Source: an uncultured virus (IMG/VR IMGVR_UViG_3300047157_000144)
Taxonomy: Duplodnaviria > Heunggongvirae > Uroviricota > Caudoviricetes
IMG/VR virus record: IMGVR_UViG_3300047157_000144
Length of the DNA stretch: 64,000 nt
Reading direction: 5' to 3' (one strand)
Every line of letters starts with the position of its first letter. Within the stretch, counting starts at the first letter, position 1. This document shows positions 34,389-44,231 of this stretch, piece by piece. The translations under genes were made by a program, and so were the position numbers. The notes beneath the pieces are model-generated. The model did no database searches. It saw only the letters and a list, made by a program, of their open reading frames with translations, and was not told where the DNA came from.

Positions 34389-35288
34389 ATGGAAGAAATA
34401 ATAACAATAATAGAAGTAGCTGAAACAATTACAAAAGGTTTAGGGCCGTTAGCTGTAGCCGGTATAGCCCAAGCAATTCCCGGTATTGCTAGAGGTATAG
34501 GTAGTTTGTTTGGAGGGGGGAAAAGAAAAGATAGAGAAAGACTTGCACAAACTCGTAGAGATAAACAAATGGCTTTATTTGAAGCGACTGAATTTACAAA
34601 CCCGTATACACAAGTTCAAAATGAATTTGAGGATTTAAGGGTTTCAACCGAAGCAGCTGAATTTCAGGCACAACAACAACAGCAAGGTTTAGCTCAGGGC
34701 TTAGACACTTTTAGATCAGCTGGTGGTGGAACAGGGGCAGCCGCAATCGCACAAGCAATGGCACAGCAGCAAGCAAAAGGGTTACAAAGTATAAGTGCTG
34801 ATATTGCAAAACAAGAAGCTATGAATGAAAGATTATCTGCACAAGGAGCAATGAAAGCTGCGCAATTAGTAGCTGGTGGTGAAGCTCAAAGACAGCAATT
34901 AGAAATGGGTAAACAATCACAGTTACTTGGAATGGCTAATCAAGATTTAGCGTCAGCCACAAGAGCAAGGGCACAAGCAAAAGCTGATTTAGTAGGTGGT
35001 ATTGGTGCTTTAGGTAGTGCTGCATTTTCAGCATTTGGAAGTAAAATAGGTAACGGAAGTGCTGCTGGTGGTGATGCAGCTTCATTAGGTACTTTTGCTC
35101 CTGATTATAGTAGTAGCTTACTAGCTAATACGGCGGCCGCGGGAGCAGCTCAGGCACCAACTTTAGCTTATGATAGTTTTATGCAAACAGCATTTAATAA
35201 ACAAAACTTTTCAGGAGTAGATAATCCCGCACCACGTAATCAATTTTCATATTTTACTGATATGAAGTTACCTAAAATAGGAGGATAA
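34389..35288 (+). CDS. putative ejection (pilot) protein
   Basis: A/Q/G-rich helical protein with hydrophobic Gly-rich segments; position after the tail genes. Confidence 0.55.
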   Translation: MEEIITIIEVAETITKGLGPLAVAGIAQAIPGIARGIGSLFGGGKRKDRERLAQTRRDKQMALFEATEFTNPYTQVQNEFEDLRVSTEAAEFQAQQQQQGLAQGLDTFRSAGGGTGAAAIAQAMAQQQAKGLQSISADIAKQEAMNERLSAQGAMKAAQLVAGGEAQRQQLEMGKQSQLLGMANQDLASATRARAQAKADLVGGIGALGSAAFSAFGSKIGNGSAAGGDAASLGTFAPDYSSSLLANTAAAGAAQAPTLAYDSFMQTAFNKQNFSGVDNPAPRNQFSYFTDMKLPKIGG

Positions 35289-35290
35289 TT

Positions 35291-37087
35291 ATGGCAACAA
35301 AAACAACAGGAGGATCAATGTATTCCGGTTTACTACAAACAAACCAAGAATTAGCAAAAGCACAAGAGCTTGAATCTAACGCATTATCAATAGGGCTAGA
35401 GCAAGGTCTAAAACCTTTACAAGGTTATTTAATGGGTGTTGCTAATGAAAAAAAAGAAAGAGAAAATCAATTAAAAGACGACCAAAGGTTAGCCATTGAT
35501 CAAATGAACATGATGGCTGATACTTCTGGTTTATTAGGAGATTATGAACCTATTGTTACAGGGTTAGCTCAAACAACAAAAAACACATTAAATGATATTG
35601 CTAAAGACGAATCATTAAGCCAGTATGAAAAAGCGGCTAAGTACAAAGACGCGGTAGACAAGTTTAATAAACAAGTTTCAAAATACAGTAGTGATCAAAA
35701 GATTATAGCGGGAGTTACAGGGCAATATGCTAAGGGTGCTTTTAGCCAAGCAATAAACATGAAAGGGGATGATTATATAATTGGCAAAGCTTTATCTAGT
35801 GGTAATTATAAAATTCAAGGAGATAAGTATATTATTGAAGGTTTAAAAGATTCTAACGTAGATACTAATAGACTTAAACAATTATATTTACCAGAAAATA
35901 ATGCTACGGCTGAAAAATATTCTAGTCAGTTTGCCGCTTTAGGGATGGCAACCGATGATATGAAAAAAGTAGAGTCGGGGTCTAGGACTTTAGCTATGTC
36001 AGCAAGTAATACTAGGGATGCAGCGGAAGCTTTAGCAACTATGGGTGTTGACCCTAGTGAACTATATTTAGATTCAAATGAAAATAGATTTAAAACAAAT
36101 GGTGAATTTGATCTTGTAAAGATGCAAGAAGAAATTTATAAACTAGGATTAGATAAAGCAAAATTAACATTTATAGCAAAAACACCCCCAATAATTCAAC
36201 CATCTACAGCAGAGCTTATGGCTAAAGATGCAAAGTTTATAATACAAGATGCAATGGCCTCTGGTAACTTTAGTTTTTTAATGAGTAAAAACGCTAAATT
36301 TGCTGGTCAACAAATAGTGGATGCTACTTTTTCTAATGGAAAACTTTCTATAACAACAGAAGATAAAGAAGGATTTGGAGTGCCAGCACTTAAAACTATA
36401 GACTTAAATACGACAAACGGCTTTAAACAAGTTGGTGAAATTATATTAAGTCAAGCACCAGGTTCCCAGTCTGTGAAAGGAGAATCAATATCTTTATTTA
36501 ATAATTCATATAATCAGCCTAAAGAATCAAGCTCTACCCAAAATACAACAACAATACCAGAGGTTGCTATAAATGATTCAGATTATCCAAAAACATTTGA
36601 AGGATTAAGCGGCATACAAGCGAATAAAAAGGAATTAAAAGATATACAAAATAAAATACATCCAGAGTCTAAATTTGCAATGACCTGGCCACCAGTTAAA
36701 GTTGAAAATTATCTTAAAGAAGAAAATTTAAGAATGACTGAAAAAAATATTTATAAAGCATATTTTGATCTTGGAATATCAACTACAACTTTTAAGTCAA
36801 GAAACGATTTTAATGCAGACTTAGAAAGCAATAGAGACAAAAATATGACGGCTGATGCCATGTTCAATATAGCTATGAATAAAACATCGGCGTCAACCAG
36901 CTCTACCCAAAGACGTAATTTTGAATATAAAGGGGGTAATGCAAAAGCTGCCGCTGCTGCTTTAGGTAAACCAGTGCAAGAATTAACTACTAAAGATTTT
37001 GAAATTTATAAGTGGATTAAGTTTTCTGGTAAAACAAAAGCCGACTACGACGCTTTAGTAGCTGCACAATCAAATAAATTTAATTAA
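35291..37087 (+). CDS. putative internal virion/ejection protein
   Basis: 598-aa helical protein between the pilot-like and the giant protein. Confidence 0.5.
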   Translation: MATKTTGGSMYSGLLQTNQELAKAQELESNALSIGLEQGLKPLQGYLMGVANEKKERENQLKDDQRLAIDQMNMMADTSGLLGDYEPIVTGLAQTTKNTLNDIAKDESLSQYEKAAKYKDAVDKFNKQVSKYSSDQKIIAGVTGQYAKGAFSQAINMKGDDYIIGKALSSGNYKIQGDKYIIEGLKDSNVDTNRLKQLYLPENNATAEKYSSQFAALGMATDDMKKVESGSRTLAMSASNTRDAAEALATMGVDPSELYLDSNENRFKTNGEFDLVKMQEEIYKLGLDKAKLTFIAKTPPIIQPSTAELMAKDAKFIIQDAMASGNFSFLMSKNAKFAGQQIVDATFSNGKLSITTEDKEGFGVPALKTIDLNTTNGFKQVGEIILSQAPGSQSVKGESISLFNNSYNQPKESSSTQNTTTIPEVAINDSDYPKTFEGLSGIQANKKELKDIQNKIHPESKFAMTWPPVKVENYLKEENLRMTEKNIYKAYFDLGISTTTFKSRNDFNADLESNRDKNMTADAMFNIAMNKTSASTSSTQRRNFEYKGGNAKAAAAALGKPVQELTTKDFEIYKWIKFSGKTKADYDALVAAQSNKFN

Positions 37088-37088
37088 T

Positions 37089-40000
37089 ATGGAAGAATAT
37101 ACTTTTGGTGGAGAAACATACACTAAAGATACTTTACAAACAATAGCCGAAAATAAAGGCTATAGCTTTGATGAATTATTACAAAAAAATCCCGATATAC
37201 AAGTAAAGACATCACCCACAAATCAGAGTGCGTTTGTGGAGCCAGGAACAGCACTCAATATGGAATCCAACTTGGGAAGTACTTCGTTGGAATCACAGGA
37301 AGATGATACAGCTATTGAAAGAGCTTTAGGTAAAAATTTTTTCACAGACTTTTTTGGTGATATATATAGAGCAGCAGAACAAGGATTCGGCGCAGCTCAA
37401 GCTGTAGACGAAAATATAGCTTTGTATAATCAAGGAGTAAATGCTTCTGATGAAACTATATTAAAAGCTATTAAAGCAAATAAAAAAGCAATGGGAGTTG
37501 GTATGTCAGACGAAATGCGCGACTTTAATAGAATATATGAAGAAGAAGGTAAAGGCATATGGGGATTTGTAAAGGGTTTTGTAAACAACCCAACTATTTT
37601 TCATCAATTATTTACAAGTTCTATGGCTACATTAGCTGGTTCATTTTTAGATTCAGAAGAAGTAGCTGGGAGTGCTATAACTGGAGCGGGAACAGGAGCA
37701 TTAGGTGGTTCAGCGGCTGCTGGGGTAGGAGCTTTACCAGGAGGGGTTGCTGGATTTTTTGGTGGTTTAGCTGGTGCAATGGAAACTGGTTTAACATTTG
37801 GTGAACTGCTACAAGAAGAATTAAAAAAAGAGGGCAAAGACTTTTCGCTAGATAATGTTAAAGAATTTTTAGCAGATGAAGAAAAATATAACTTAGTAAA
37901 AAGAAGAGCTGTAGGAAGAGGAATAGCAATTGGTGCGATTGAAGCTGTATCAGGTGGTATAGCTGGTAAAGTTGGTAGTAAAATTATAATGGGTGGTATA
38001 AAAAGAAAAGGTAAATTTATACCTCTTACAAGAGCAGGAAAAGCAATTGGCCCAAAGCCTCTTACAGGTGTTGCTGCTGCTGTGGGTATAGAAGCTGTAG
38101 GTGGTGGAACAGGTGAAGTTGTTGGTAGATTAGCAGCTGATCAAGAAATGGATGTAGCTGAAATTGGTTTTGAAGCAATAACAGGTACTGTAACAGCACC
38201 TATAAATATTGCAGCAGGTATATTAAATCAACCAACATACAAAATGCACGGTAAAAAGGCTACTAAAGCTGATATTTTAAATCAATTAAAAGGTGATGAT
38301 GTAGATGTATCTGGAGTATCATTTGATGTTACAAACGACCCTAATTTACAAAAACAAATTGATGATAGATTTGAAAGTATAAATATAAAAGCTAATTTAA
38401 AAAACACAAGAGTAACTGATGAAGCTGATATTAATAGAATGGTTGAGCTTGAAAAACAGAAAAAAGCTTTAGAAGGTAATGATACTGAAGCTGCAAAAAT
38501 AGAATTAGCTGAAATTAGATCTGAACTCAAGGAAATAGCTACTAATTATAGTTCAACAGGTAGAAAATCAAAAGCAACAATTGAGCTAGAAGGTAAAAAT
38601 AAACAAATAATAGACAACTTAACGTCTCAAAATGTTTTGTCCACAATTGCGTTTGCTAAAAGCTTTGAAGGCAGTGATATATTAGACTTAAAAACAGTAA
38701 CTTATAACAATTCTAATGATTTTGCTAAAGCCGCAGAAGCAGCAGGCATTGACGCGGATATAGGTTTTTATTCAGATGGGGTAATACATATAGACCAAAT
38801 AGCCGCTGCTAAAGAGCAAATGGTAAATGTAGGGGGTCATGAAGTTTTGCATGGTATACTAGAACAATACTTTGGTGATGAAACTGCTGACTTAGTAACA
38901 AAGTTTAGAAAAACTATTTCCTCAAAAAGCGATACTCTTATTACAGAAAGAATAGTTAAGAATTATAAAGTGAAAGATGGTAGTTTAGCTTTTAATAAAG
39001 AATATTTATCTCAATTTTCTGATGCTGTTGCTAAAGGTGAAATTCAATACAACGACAGTATATTTAATACCATAGGTAATTTTATTGTAGATTATGTATT
39101 AAAACCTTTAGGGTTTTCAAATATAAAATTTGAAACAGGTAGAGATGTGTACAATTTTATGAGAGAGTACTCTTCTAGTATTAAGGAAGGTTCATTATCA
39201 CCCAAAATATATAAAGCACTAAAACAAAGAAACAAACTAGAAACTGTAACAGGTGACGCACAAGGGTCTAAAGCTTTATTTCAAGAAATAAATGATCTTG
39301 TACCTAAAGATATTAAAACCAAAGCAGAATATGATGCGTTTACTCGTTCACCTGGCGGTAGAAAAATATTTGAGTCTATATATACTGGTCCTATTAGTAA
39401 TTATATAAAGAATAGATCAGTTTCTAAGATTGAATCAGAAAAGGTAATTGATGGTACTATAGAAAGAGTATTGAAGTTTAATCCTGAATCTAAAAGAGCT
39501 GATGGCTCTTTAATTGGAATGCAAGGTTTTGTTGAAAGAATAATGTCGGACACAAGGTTTGCTAAATTAGATGCTAAAAAAGCTTTATTTGAAGAAGGGG
39601 AAAGAACAAAAAAAGAAGTTAACGTTGATGAAAGTGAAGCCGCTGAAAGATCAACAGTACAAATAGCAGATGAATCTGCACCGGTTGAAACAACTACACC
39701 GGAAAAAAGAGGAAAGCAAATTAATCCTTTAGGAAGATTTACAGTAGGTAAGCCCGAGTTAAAACAACAATATGAAACAAAAGTTAAAGAGTTTGTAGAA
39801 AACAATGAAATAGATTTATTAAACTATAAAACATTAAAAGATGTTGCTCCTGATATAACTAAGAAAATATTTACTTCATCTCCTGGATTTATTACAAAAA
39901 AACAAAATGCAAGGGCATTGCATGCTTTACTACCTGAGGGGGCTATGAAACAATCATATGGCGCCACGGGTTTAAAAACTTCGACAGGTATAGTGTCAGG

Positions 40001-43000
40001 AATTCTTAAAAACTTTTATGAAAAAGGCACAAGACCTGATATGAAAAAAGGTACAGCGGCCGCTTTACCGGTCCAAACCAAATTACCATTTGATGAAAAA
40101 AAATGGGAAGAAGTATTTACTAGAAAACCAGGTGAAAGAGGAGAAACTTTTAATAGAAGAGTAGGTGGGTTAATAACAGAAATAGGTAGAGCTATGACTA
40201 ACAGTGAGGTTAGAAAATTAGTTGAACCTAAAGTTGCTATTGTATTAGCAGACGGTAAATCTTCAGCATTAGCTAGTAAAAAAATTACTATAGAAACTGT
40301 AGACGACGCAAAACAATACTTTAACGAACTTAAAGAAATTATTGACTCAGGAGTTTTTGCTCCAGGGTTATTAGGCTATAATGTAGTAAAACCAGCAGGT
40401 AGGCAAATTGAAGATAGCGCTGTAAATAAATTTTTAGGAAAATTAAAAAAAGGTATTAAGTACGGTAAAAATTCTATTTATGGAAAAACAAAAGTAGGGG
40501 TACACATGAAGGACCCTGTCACTGGTAAGCAAAATTTATCTGGAATATTAAAAAGATTAAAAAAAGACCCTCAAAGATTAGCTAAATATAATGCAAAAAC
40601 CGAAAAAATAGGAACCGACTTTTGGTTTTCATTTAAAGAGGCAGCACAAAAATTTCCTCAGTATAGAAAAACATTAGAAAACTTAGTTTATGTTAGCCAA
40701 GATAGAAGAGAGCACCCTCATGCACTTTGGGCTGAGGTTGTGGCTTATGATAAAAAAGCTGGTAATGAAATATTAGAATATGAACATGCTGTTCCTGTGG
40801 GGTATGCTGCTGAAATTTTAATAGAGGCTGCATTTAATTCTGATATAAATTTTAGTGATACATTTAATCTTGTTAAAAAAAATTACAAACAAGTAGCATT
40901 TACTGAAGCTGATGCGTTTAAAATAAACAACCTTGTTACAAAAATAGGTATGCCTAAAGGGTGGGATATTAATAAAGACAGTTGGACAGCAAGATATGAT
41001 ATTATAAAAAATGAAATTAATTTAGATAATCTTGAATGGATAGCTGGCGACAAAAATGCTTTTGCATCTAAATCAATTAAAACAGCAAAAGAATTTGCGA
41101 GTATACTTGAAGAAACAAAAGGTATAGCAATGGAAGATGTTCCATCATTTATTGCTTCAAAACAAAGAGGAAAAAAGAAAGATAAATTTAGACCGTTTGT
41201 TCCATACTCAGCGGAGGATTTTGAGGGTTTAATGTACCCATTATATGGTAAAGGTACAGTTGGGGATACAAATGCATCGTGGTTTAAAGAAAAGTTTTAT
41301 ACTCCCTTATCAGAAGGCTTAATGGCTTTTGATGGTGCTAAGCAAAAAGCTTTACAAAACTGGACAACAGTTAAAAAATCAATAAAAGCATCTGGCATAG
41401 ATTTAAGTGCAGAATCATCAGTTCCTGGTTATACAAAAGAACAAGCCTTAAGAGTTCGTATGTGGTTAAAAAAGGGATATGATATACCAGGATTAAATAA
41501 AAAAGAAGCAAAAATTTTAAGTGATTCTGTAAGACAAGATTTTGATTCTATGCAGCTTATGGAAAAACTTGATAATATATTTCAAGAAAAAATATATCCA
41601 GAGCCTAAAGATAATGATTGGTTAGCAGGTGGTATGTTAACAGATATACTAGAGCATGTTAATAACACCACTAGGAAAGAATACTTAGCCCCATTTTTTG
41701 AAAATGTTGAACAAGCATTTGGAAAATTTGGTAAAGGAGGAAAATTACAAGGTGATAATTTAAACAAATTAAGAGCCGCAATGGGTCAAAATTATATTGA
41801 CGCTCTTGAAAATATATTAACTAGAATAAGAAGTGGTAGAAATAGACCCACTGGTCCTGATAAAGTAACAAATAATTTTTTAGATTGGGTGAATAATTCT
41901 GTTGGTACAATAATGTTTTTTAATACAAGATCAGCATTACTACAAACAATATCAAGTTTTAACTTTATAAACTGGTCGGATAATAATATAGTGGCCGCGG
42001 CTTCTGCTTTTTCAAATCAAAAACAATTTTGGGCTGATTTCACTTTTTTATATAATTCAGACTTTTTAAAAGCAAGAAGATCTGGTTTAAAAACAGATAT
42101 AAACGCAGATGAAATTGCTAGTGCTACAGAAAAAAGCTCCAACAAAGTTAAAGCTGCTCTTGCAGCAATACTTAAAAAAGGATTTTTACCCACACAGATA
42201 GCAGATAGTTTTGCAATATCTATAGGGGGTGCGAGTTTTTATAGAAACAGATTAAATAAATATTTAGCAGAAGGCATGAGTCAAGCAGAGGCTAAAGAAC
42301 AAACATTTTTAGATTTTCAAGAATTATCTGAATCTGCACAGCAATCTTCAAGACCGGATAGAATATCAATGCAACAAGCTAGCCCATTAGGGCGTATTAT
42401 ATTAGCTTTTCAGAACACACCAATGCAATATACCAGGCTTATGAAAAAATCAGTCTTGGACCTTATAAACAACCGTGGTGACTGGAAATCAAATGTATCT
42501 AAAATAGTGTATTATGGTGCAGTGCAAAACTTAATATTTCATGCTTTACAAACTGCTTTATTTGCTTTAGCGTTTGACGACGAAGAAGATGAAGAAAAAA
42601 ATGAAAGATATTTTAATATTGGAAATAGAATGGCTGATACATTATTAGTAGGTACTGGTGTATACGGTGCAATTGCAGCAACAACTAAAAATGTTATACT
42701 TGAAGTAATTGAGCAAGAAAAAGGTAGAAAAGATTTTACACAAGCCGCTATTAAAACTACAGCATTGTCACCACCTATTAACTCTAAACTACAAAAAATG
42801 ATTAGGGCGGGTAGAAGATTTACATATAAACAAGAAAGAGAGAAAATGAGAGAGCTCGGTATCGATACAAGAAATCCAGCTGTACTATCTGGGGGTGAAG
42901 TTTTATCTGCTGTGTTTAATTTACCAGCCGATAGGGCTATAAGGAAATGGAATAATTTAGTGTTAGCCGCAAACAGTGAAACTGAATTATGGCAATCGAT

Positions 43001-43142
43001 TGCATTAGCACTTGGTTATAGTGAATGGGACGTTAAATTAGGGCCTAATCAAAAAGAGCCTAAAATGAATGCTAGAATAAAAATTCCAAGAGAAAAAATT
43101 AAAAGAGAAAAAATAAAAAGAGAACCAATTAAAAGAAACTAA
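37089..43142 (+). CDS. giant internal virion/ejection protein with zincin HExxH motif
   Basis: 2017 aa; glycine-zipper segments, GGHEVLHGI, helical C-terminal region. Confidence 0.65.
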   Translation: MEEYTFGGETYTKDTLQTIAENKGYSFDELLQKNPDIQVKTSPTNQSAFVEPGTALNMESNLGSTSLESQEDDTAIERALGKNFFTDFFGDIYRAAEQGFGAAQAVDENIALYNQGVNASDETILKAIKANKKAMGVGMSDEMRDFNRIYEEEGKGIWGFVKGFVNNPTIFHQLFTSSMATLAGSFLDSEEVAGSAITGAGTGALGGSAAAGVGALPGGVAGFFGGLAGAMETGLTFGELLQEELKKEGKDFSLDNVKEFLADEEKYNLVKRRAVGRGIAIGAIEAVSGGIAGKVGSKIIMGGIKRKGKFIPLTRAGKAIGPKPLTGVAAAVGIEAVGGGTGEVVGRLAADQEMDVAEIGFEAITGTVTAPINIAAGILNQPTYKMHGKKATKADILNQLKGDDVDVSGVSFDVTNDPNLQKQIDDRFESINIKANLKNTRVTDEADINRMVELEKQKKALEGNDTEAAKIELAEIRSELKEIATNYSSTGRKSKATIELEGKNKQIIDNLTSQNVLSTIAFAKSFEGSDILDLKTVTYNNSNDFAKAAEAAGIDADIGFYSDGVIHIDQIAAAKEQMVNVGGHEVLHGILEQYFGDETADLVTKFRKTISSKSDTLITERIVKNYKVKDGSLAFNKEYLSQFSDAVAKGEIQYNDSIFNTIGNFIVDYVLKPLGFSNIKFETGRDVYNFMREYSSSIKEGSLSPKIYKALKQRNKLETVTGDAQGSKALFQEINDLVPKDIKTKAEYDAFTRSPGGRKIFESIYTGPISNYIKNRSVSKIESEKVIDGTIERVLKFNPESKRADGSLIGMQGFVERIMSDTRFAKLDAKKALFEEGERTKKEVNVDESEAAERSTVQIADESAPVETTTPEKRGKQINPLGRFTVGKPELKQQYETKVKEFVENNEIDLLNYKTLKDVAPDITKKIFTSSPGFITKKQNARALHALLPEGAMKQSYGATGLKTSTGIVSGILKNFYEKGTRPDMKKGTAAALPVQTKLPFDEKKWEEVFTRKPGERGETFNRRVGGLITEIGRAMTNSEVRKLVEPKVAIVLADGKSSALASKKITIETVDDAKQYFNELKEIIDSGVFAPGLLGYNVVKPAGRQIEDSAVNKFLGKLKKGIKYGKNSIYGKTKVGVHMKDPVTGKQNLSGILKRLKKDPQRLAKYNAKTEKIGTDFWFSFKEAAQKFPQYRKTLENLVYVSQDRREHPHALWAEVVAYDKKAGNEILEYEHAVPVGYAAEILIEAAFNSDINFSDTFNLVKKNYKQVAFTEADAFKINNLVTKIGMPKGWDINKDSWTARYDIIKNEINLDNLEWIAGDKNAFASKSIKTAKEFASILEETKGIAMEDVPSFIASKQRGKKKDKFRPFVPYSAEDFEGLMYPLYGKGTVGDTNASWFKEKFYTPLSEGLMAFDGAKQKALQNWTTVKKSIKASGIDLSAESSVPGYTKEQALRVRMWLKKGYDIPGLNKKEAKILSDSVRQDFDSMQLMEKLDNIFQEKIYPEPKDNDWLAGGMLTDILEHVNNTTRKEYLAPFFENVEQAFGKFGKGGKLQGDNLNKLRAAMGQNYIDALENILTRIRSGRNRPTGPDKVTNNFLDWVNNSVGTIMFFNTRSALLQTISSFNFINWSDNNIVAAASAFSNQKQFWADFTFLYNSDFLKARRSGLKTDINADEIASATEKSSNKVKAALAAILKKGFLPTQIADSFAISIGGASFYRNRLNKYLAEGMSQAEAKEQTFLDFQELSESAQQSSRPDRISMQQASPLGRIILAFQNTPMQYTRLMKKSVLDLINNRGDWKSNVSKIVYYGAVQNLIFHALQTALFALAFDDEEDEEKNERYFNIGNRMADTLLVGTGVYGAIAATTKNVILEVIEQEKGRKDFTQAAIKTTALSPPINSKLQKMIRAGRRFTYKQEREKMRELGIDTRNPAVLSGGEVLSAVFNLPADRAIRKWNNLVLAANSETELWQSIALALGYSEWDVKLGPNQKEPKMNARIKIPREKIKREKIKREPIKRN

Positions 43143-43144
43143 TT

Positions 43145-43276
43145 ATGCCAAAAGACGCGTGTTATAAAAAAGTAAAAGCAAAATATAGAGTATTCCCATC
43201 TGCTTATGCAAGTGGAGCAATAGCAAAATGCCGTAAGGTTGGTGCTGCCAACTGGGGCAACAAATCAAAAAAGTAA
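43145..43276 (+). CDS. small basic protein (43 aa)
   Basis: Manual translation MPKDACYKKVKAKYRVFPSAYASGAIAKCRKVGAANWGNKSKK; TAATG-coupled to the next ORF. Confidence 0.6.
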   Translation: MPKDACYKKVKAKYRVFPSAYASGAIAKCRKVGAANWGNKSKK

Positions 43277-43551
43277 TGGCTGTAAGAAAAACAAAATCAG
43301 GGGCTAATCTTAAACGCTGGTTTAAAGAAAAGTGGGTTGATGTGCGTACAGGTAAACCTTGTGGTAGAACAAAGGGTGAAAAAAGAGGTACGCCTTATTG
43401 TAGGCCTAGTAAACGTGTATCCAGTAAAACAGTAAAGACTGCATCTGAAATGAGTTCATCTGAAAAAGCTAAAAAAATAAGAGAGAAGAAAAGGATAGGC
43501 CAACCAGCTGGTAAACCTAGAAGAGTGTCAAACACTAAAAGAAGAAAGTAG
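43276..43551 (+). CDS. small basic protein
   Basis: LKRWFKEKWVD...CGR...PYCRP, K/R rich. Confidence 0.65.
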   Translation: MAVRKTKSGANLKRWFKEKWVDVRTGKPCGRTKGEKRGTPYCRPSKRVSSKTVKTASEMSSSEKAKKIREKKRIGQPAGKPRRVSNTKRRK

Positions 43552-43552
43552 T

Positions 43553-44014
43553 ATGGAAAGGATAAGTAAGCATATATCATATAAGGAAGGTGTTAAATCA
43601 AACACAGCTATGAGATTGAACATTGATAATTCTCCAGGAGAATATCATTTAGGTAATATGGCTGGTGTTGCAAATAATATATTTGAACCTTTACGTGAAT
43701 GGGTTGGTGGACCAATAAAAATTAATTCTTTTTATAGATCAATAGATTTGAATAAAGCTATAGGTGGAAGTTCTAGATCACAACACTGTGATGGTAGAGC
43801 TATAGATATAGATGATACATTTGGTCATAAAACCAATGCTGAGATGTATGAATATATTAAAGAAAATTTAAACTTTGATCAAATGATTTGGGAGTTTGGT
43901 ACAGATGATAACCCGGATTGGGTACATATAAGTTATGTATCTGAAGAGCAGAATAGAAATAGATGCTTAAAAGCTACAAGGATTAATGGAAGAGCAACGT
44001 ATAGCATTATATAA
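43553..44014 (+). CDS. endolysin, peptidase M15 family
   Basis: INSFYRS..LN.AIGG...SQHC.G.AIDI...WVHISY. Confidence 0.85.
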   Translation: MERISKHISYKEGVKSNTAMRLNIDNSPGEYHLGNMAGVANNIFEPLREWVGGPIKINSFYRSIDLNKAIGGSSRSQHCDGRAIDIDDTFGHKTNAEMYEYIKENLNFDQMIWEFGTDDNPDWVHISYVSEEQNRNRCLKATRINGRATYSII

Positions 44015-44231
44015 AAAGATTGTAATTGTTTTAGTGCTTATGGTGTTTACGTCTTGTTATAGTATAAAATCTACAGTTGTAAATAAGTTAGACGAGACTT
44101 GGCCTTGGAGCACTATAAAATACAAAGGGAACCAGAATTTAGATTCCCTTCATATTAATAAACAAAACAAAACTAACCATCGCAACTTAAGCAATCTGGA
44201 TTCATTGCCTCCGCCGCAATATCGCCTCTGA
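43986..44231 (+). CDS. putative lipoprotein (spanin candidate)
   Basis: KKIVIVLVLMVFTSC lipobox-like signal directly after the endolysin; overlaps the nrdA end. Confidence 0.45.
   Translation: MEEQRIALYKKIVIVLVLMVFTSCYSIKSTVVNKLDETWPWSTIKYKGNQNLDSLHINKQNKTNHRNLSNLDSLPPPQYRL

Noticed and set aside
3693..41767. Numerous antisense ORFs within structural genes (e.g. 3693-4013, 4801-5160, 39401-39805)
   Set aside because: They are typical mirror-frame shadows of long genes, with no independent coding signal.
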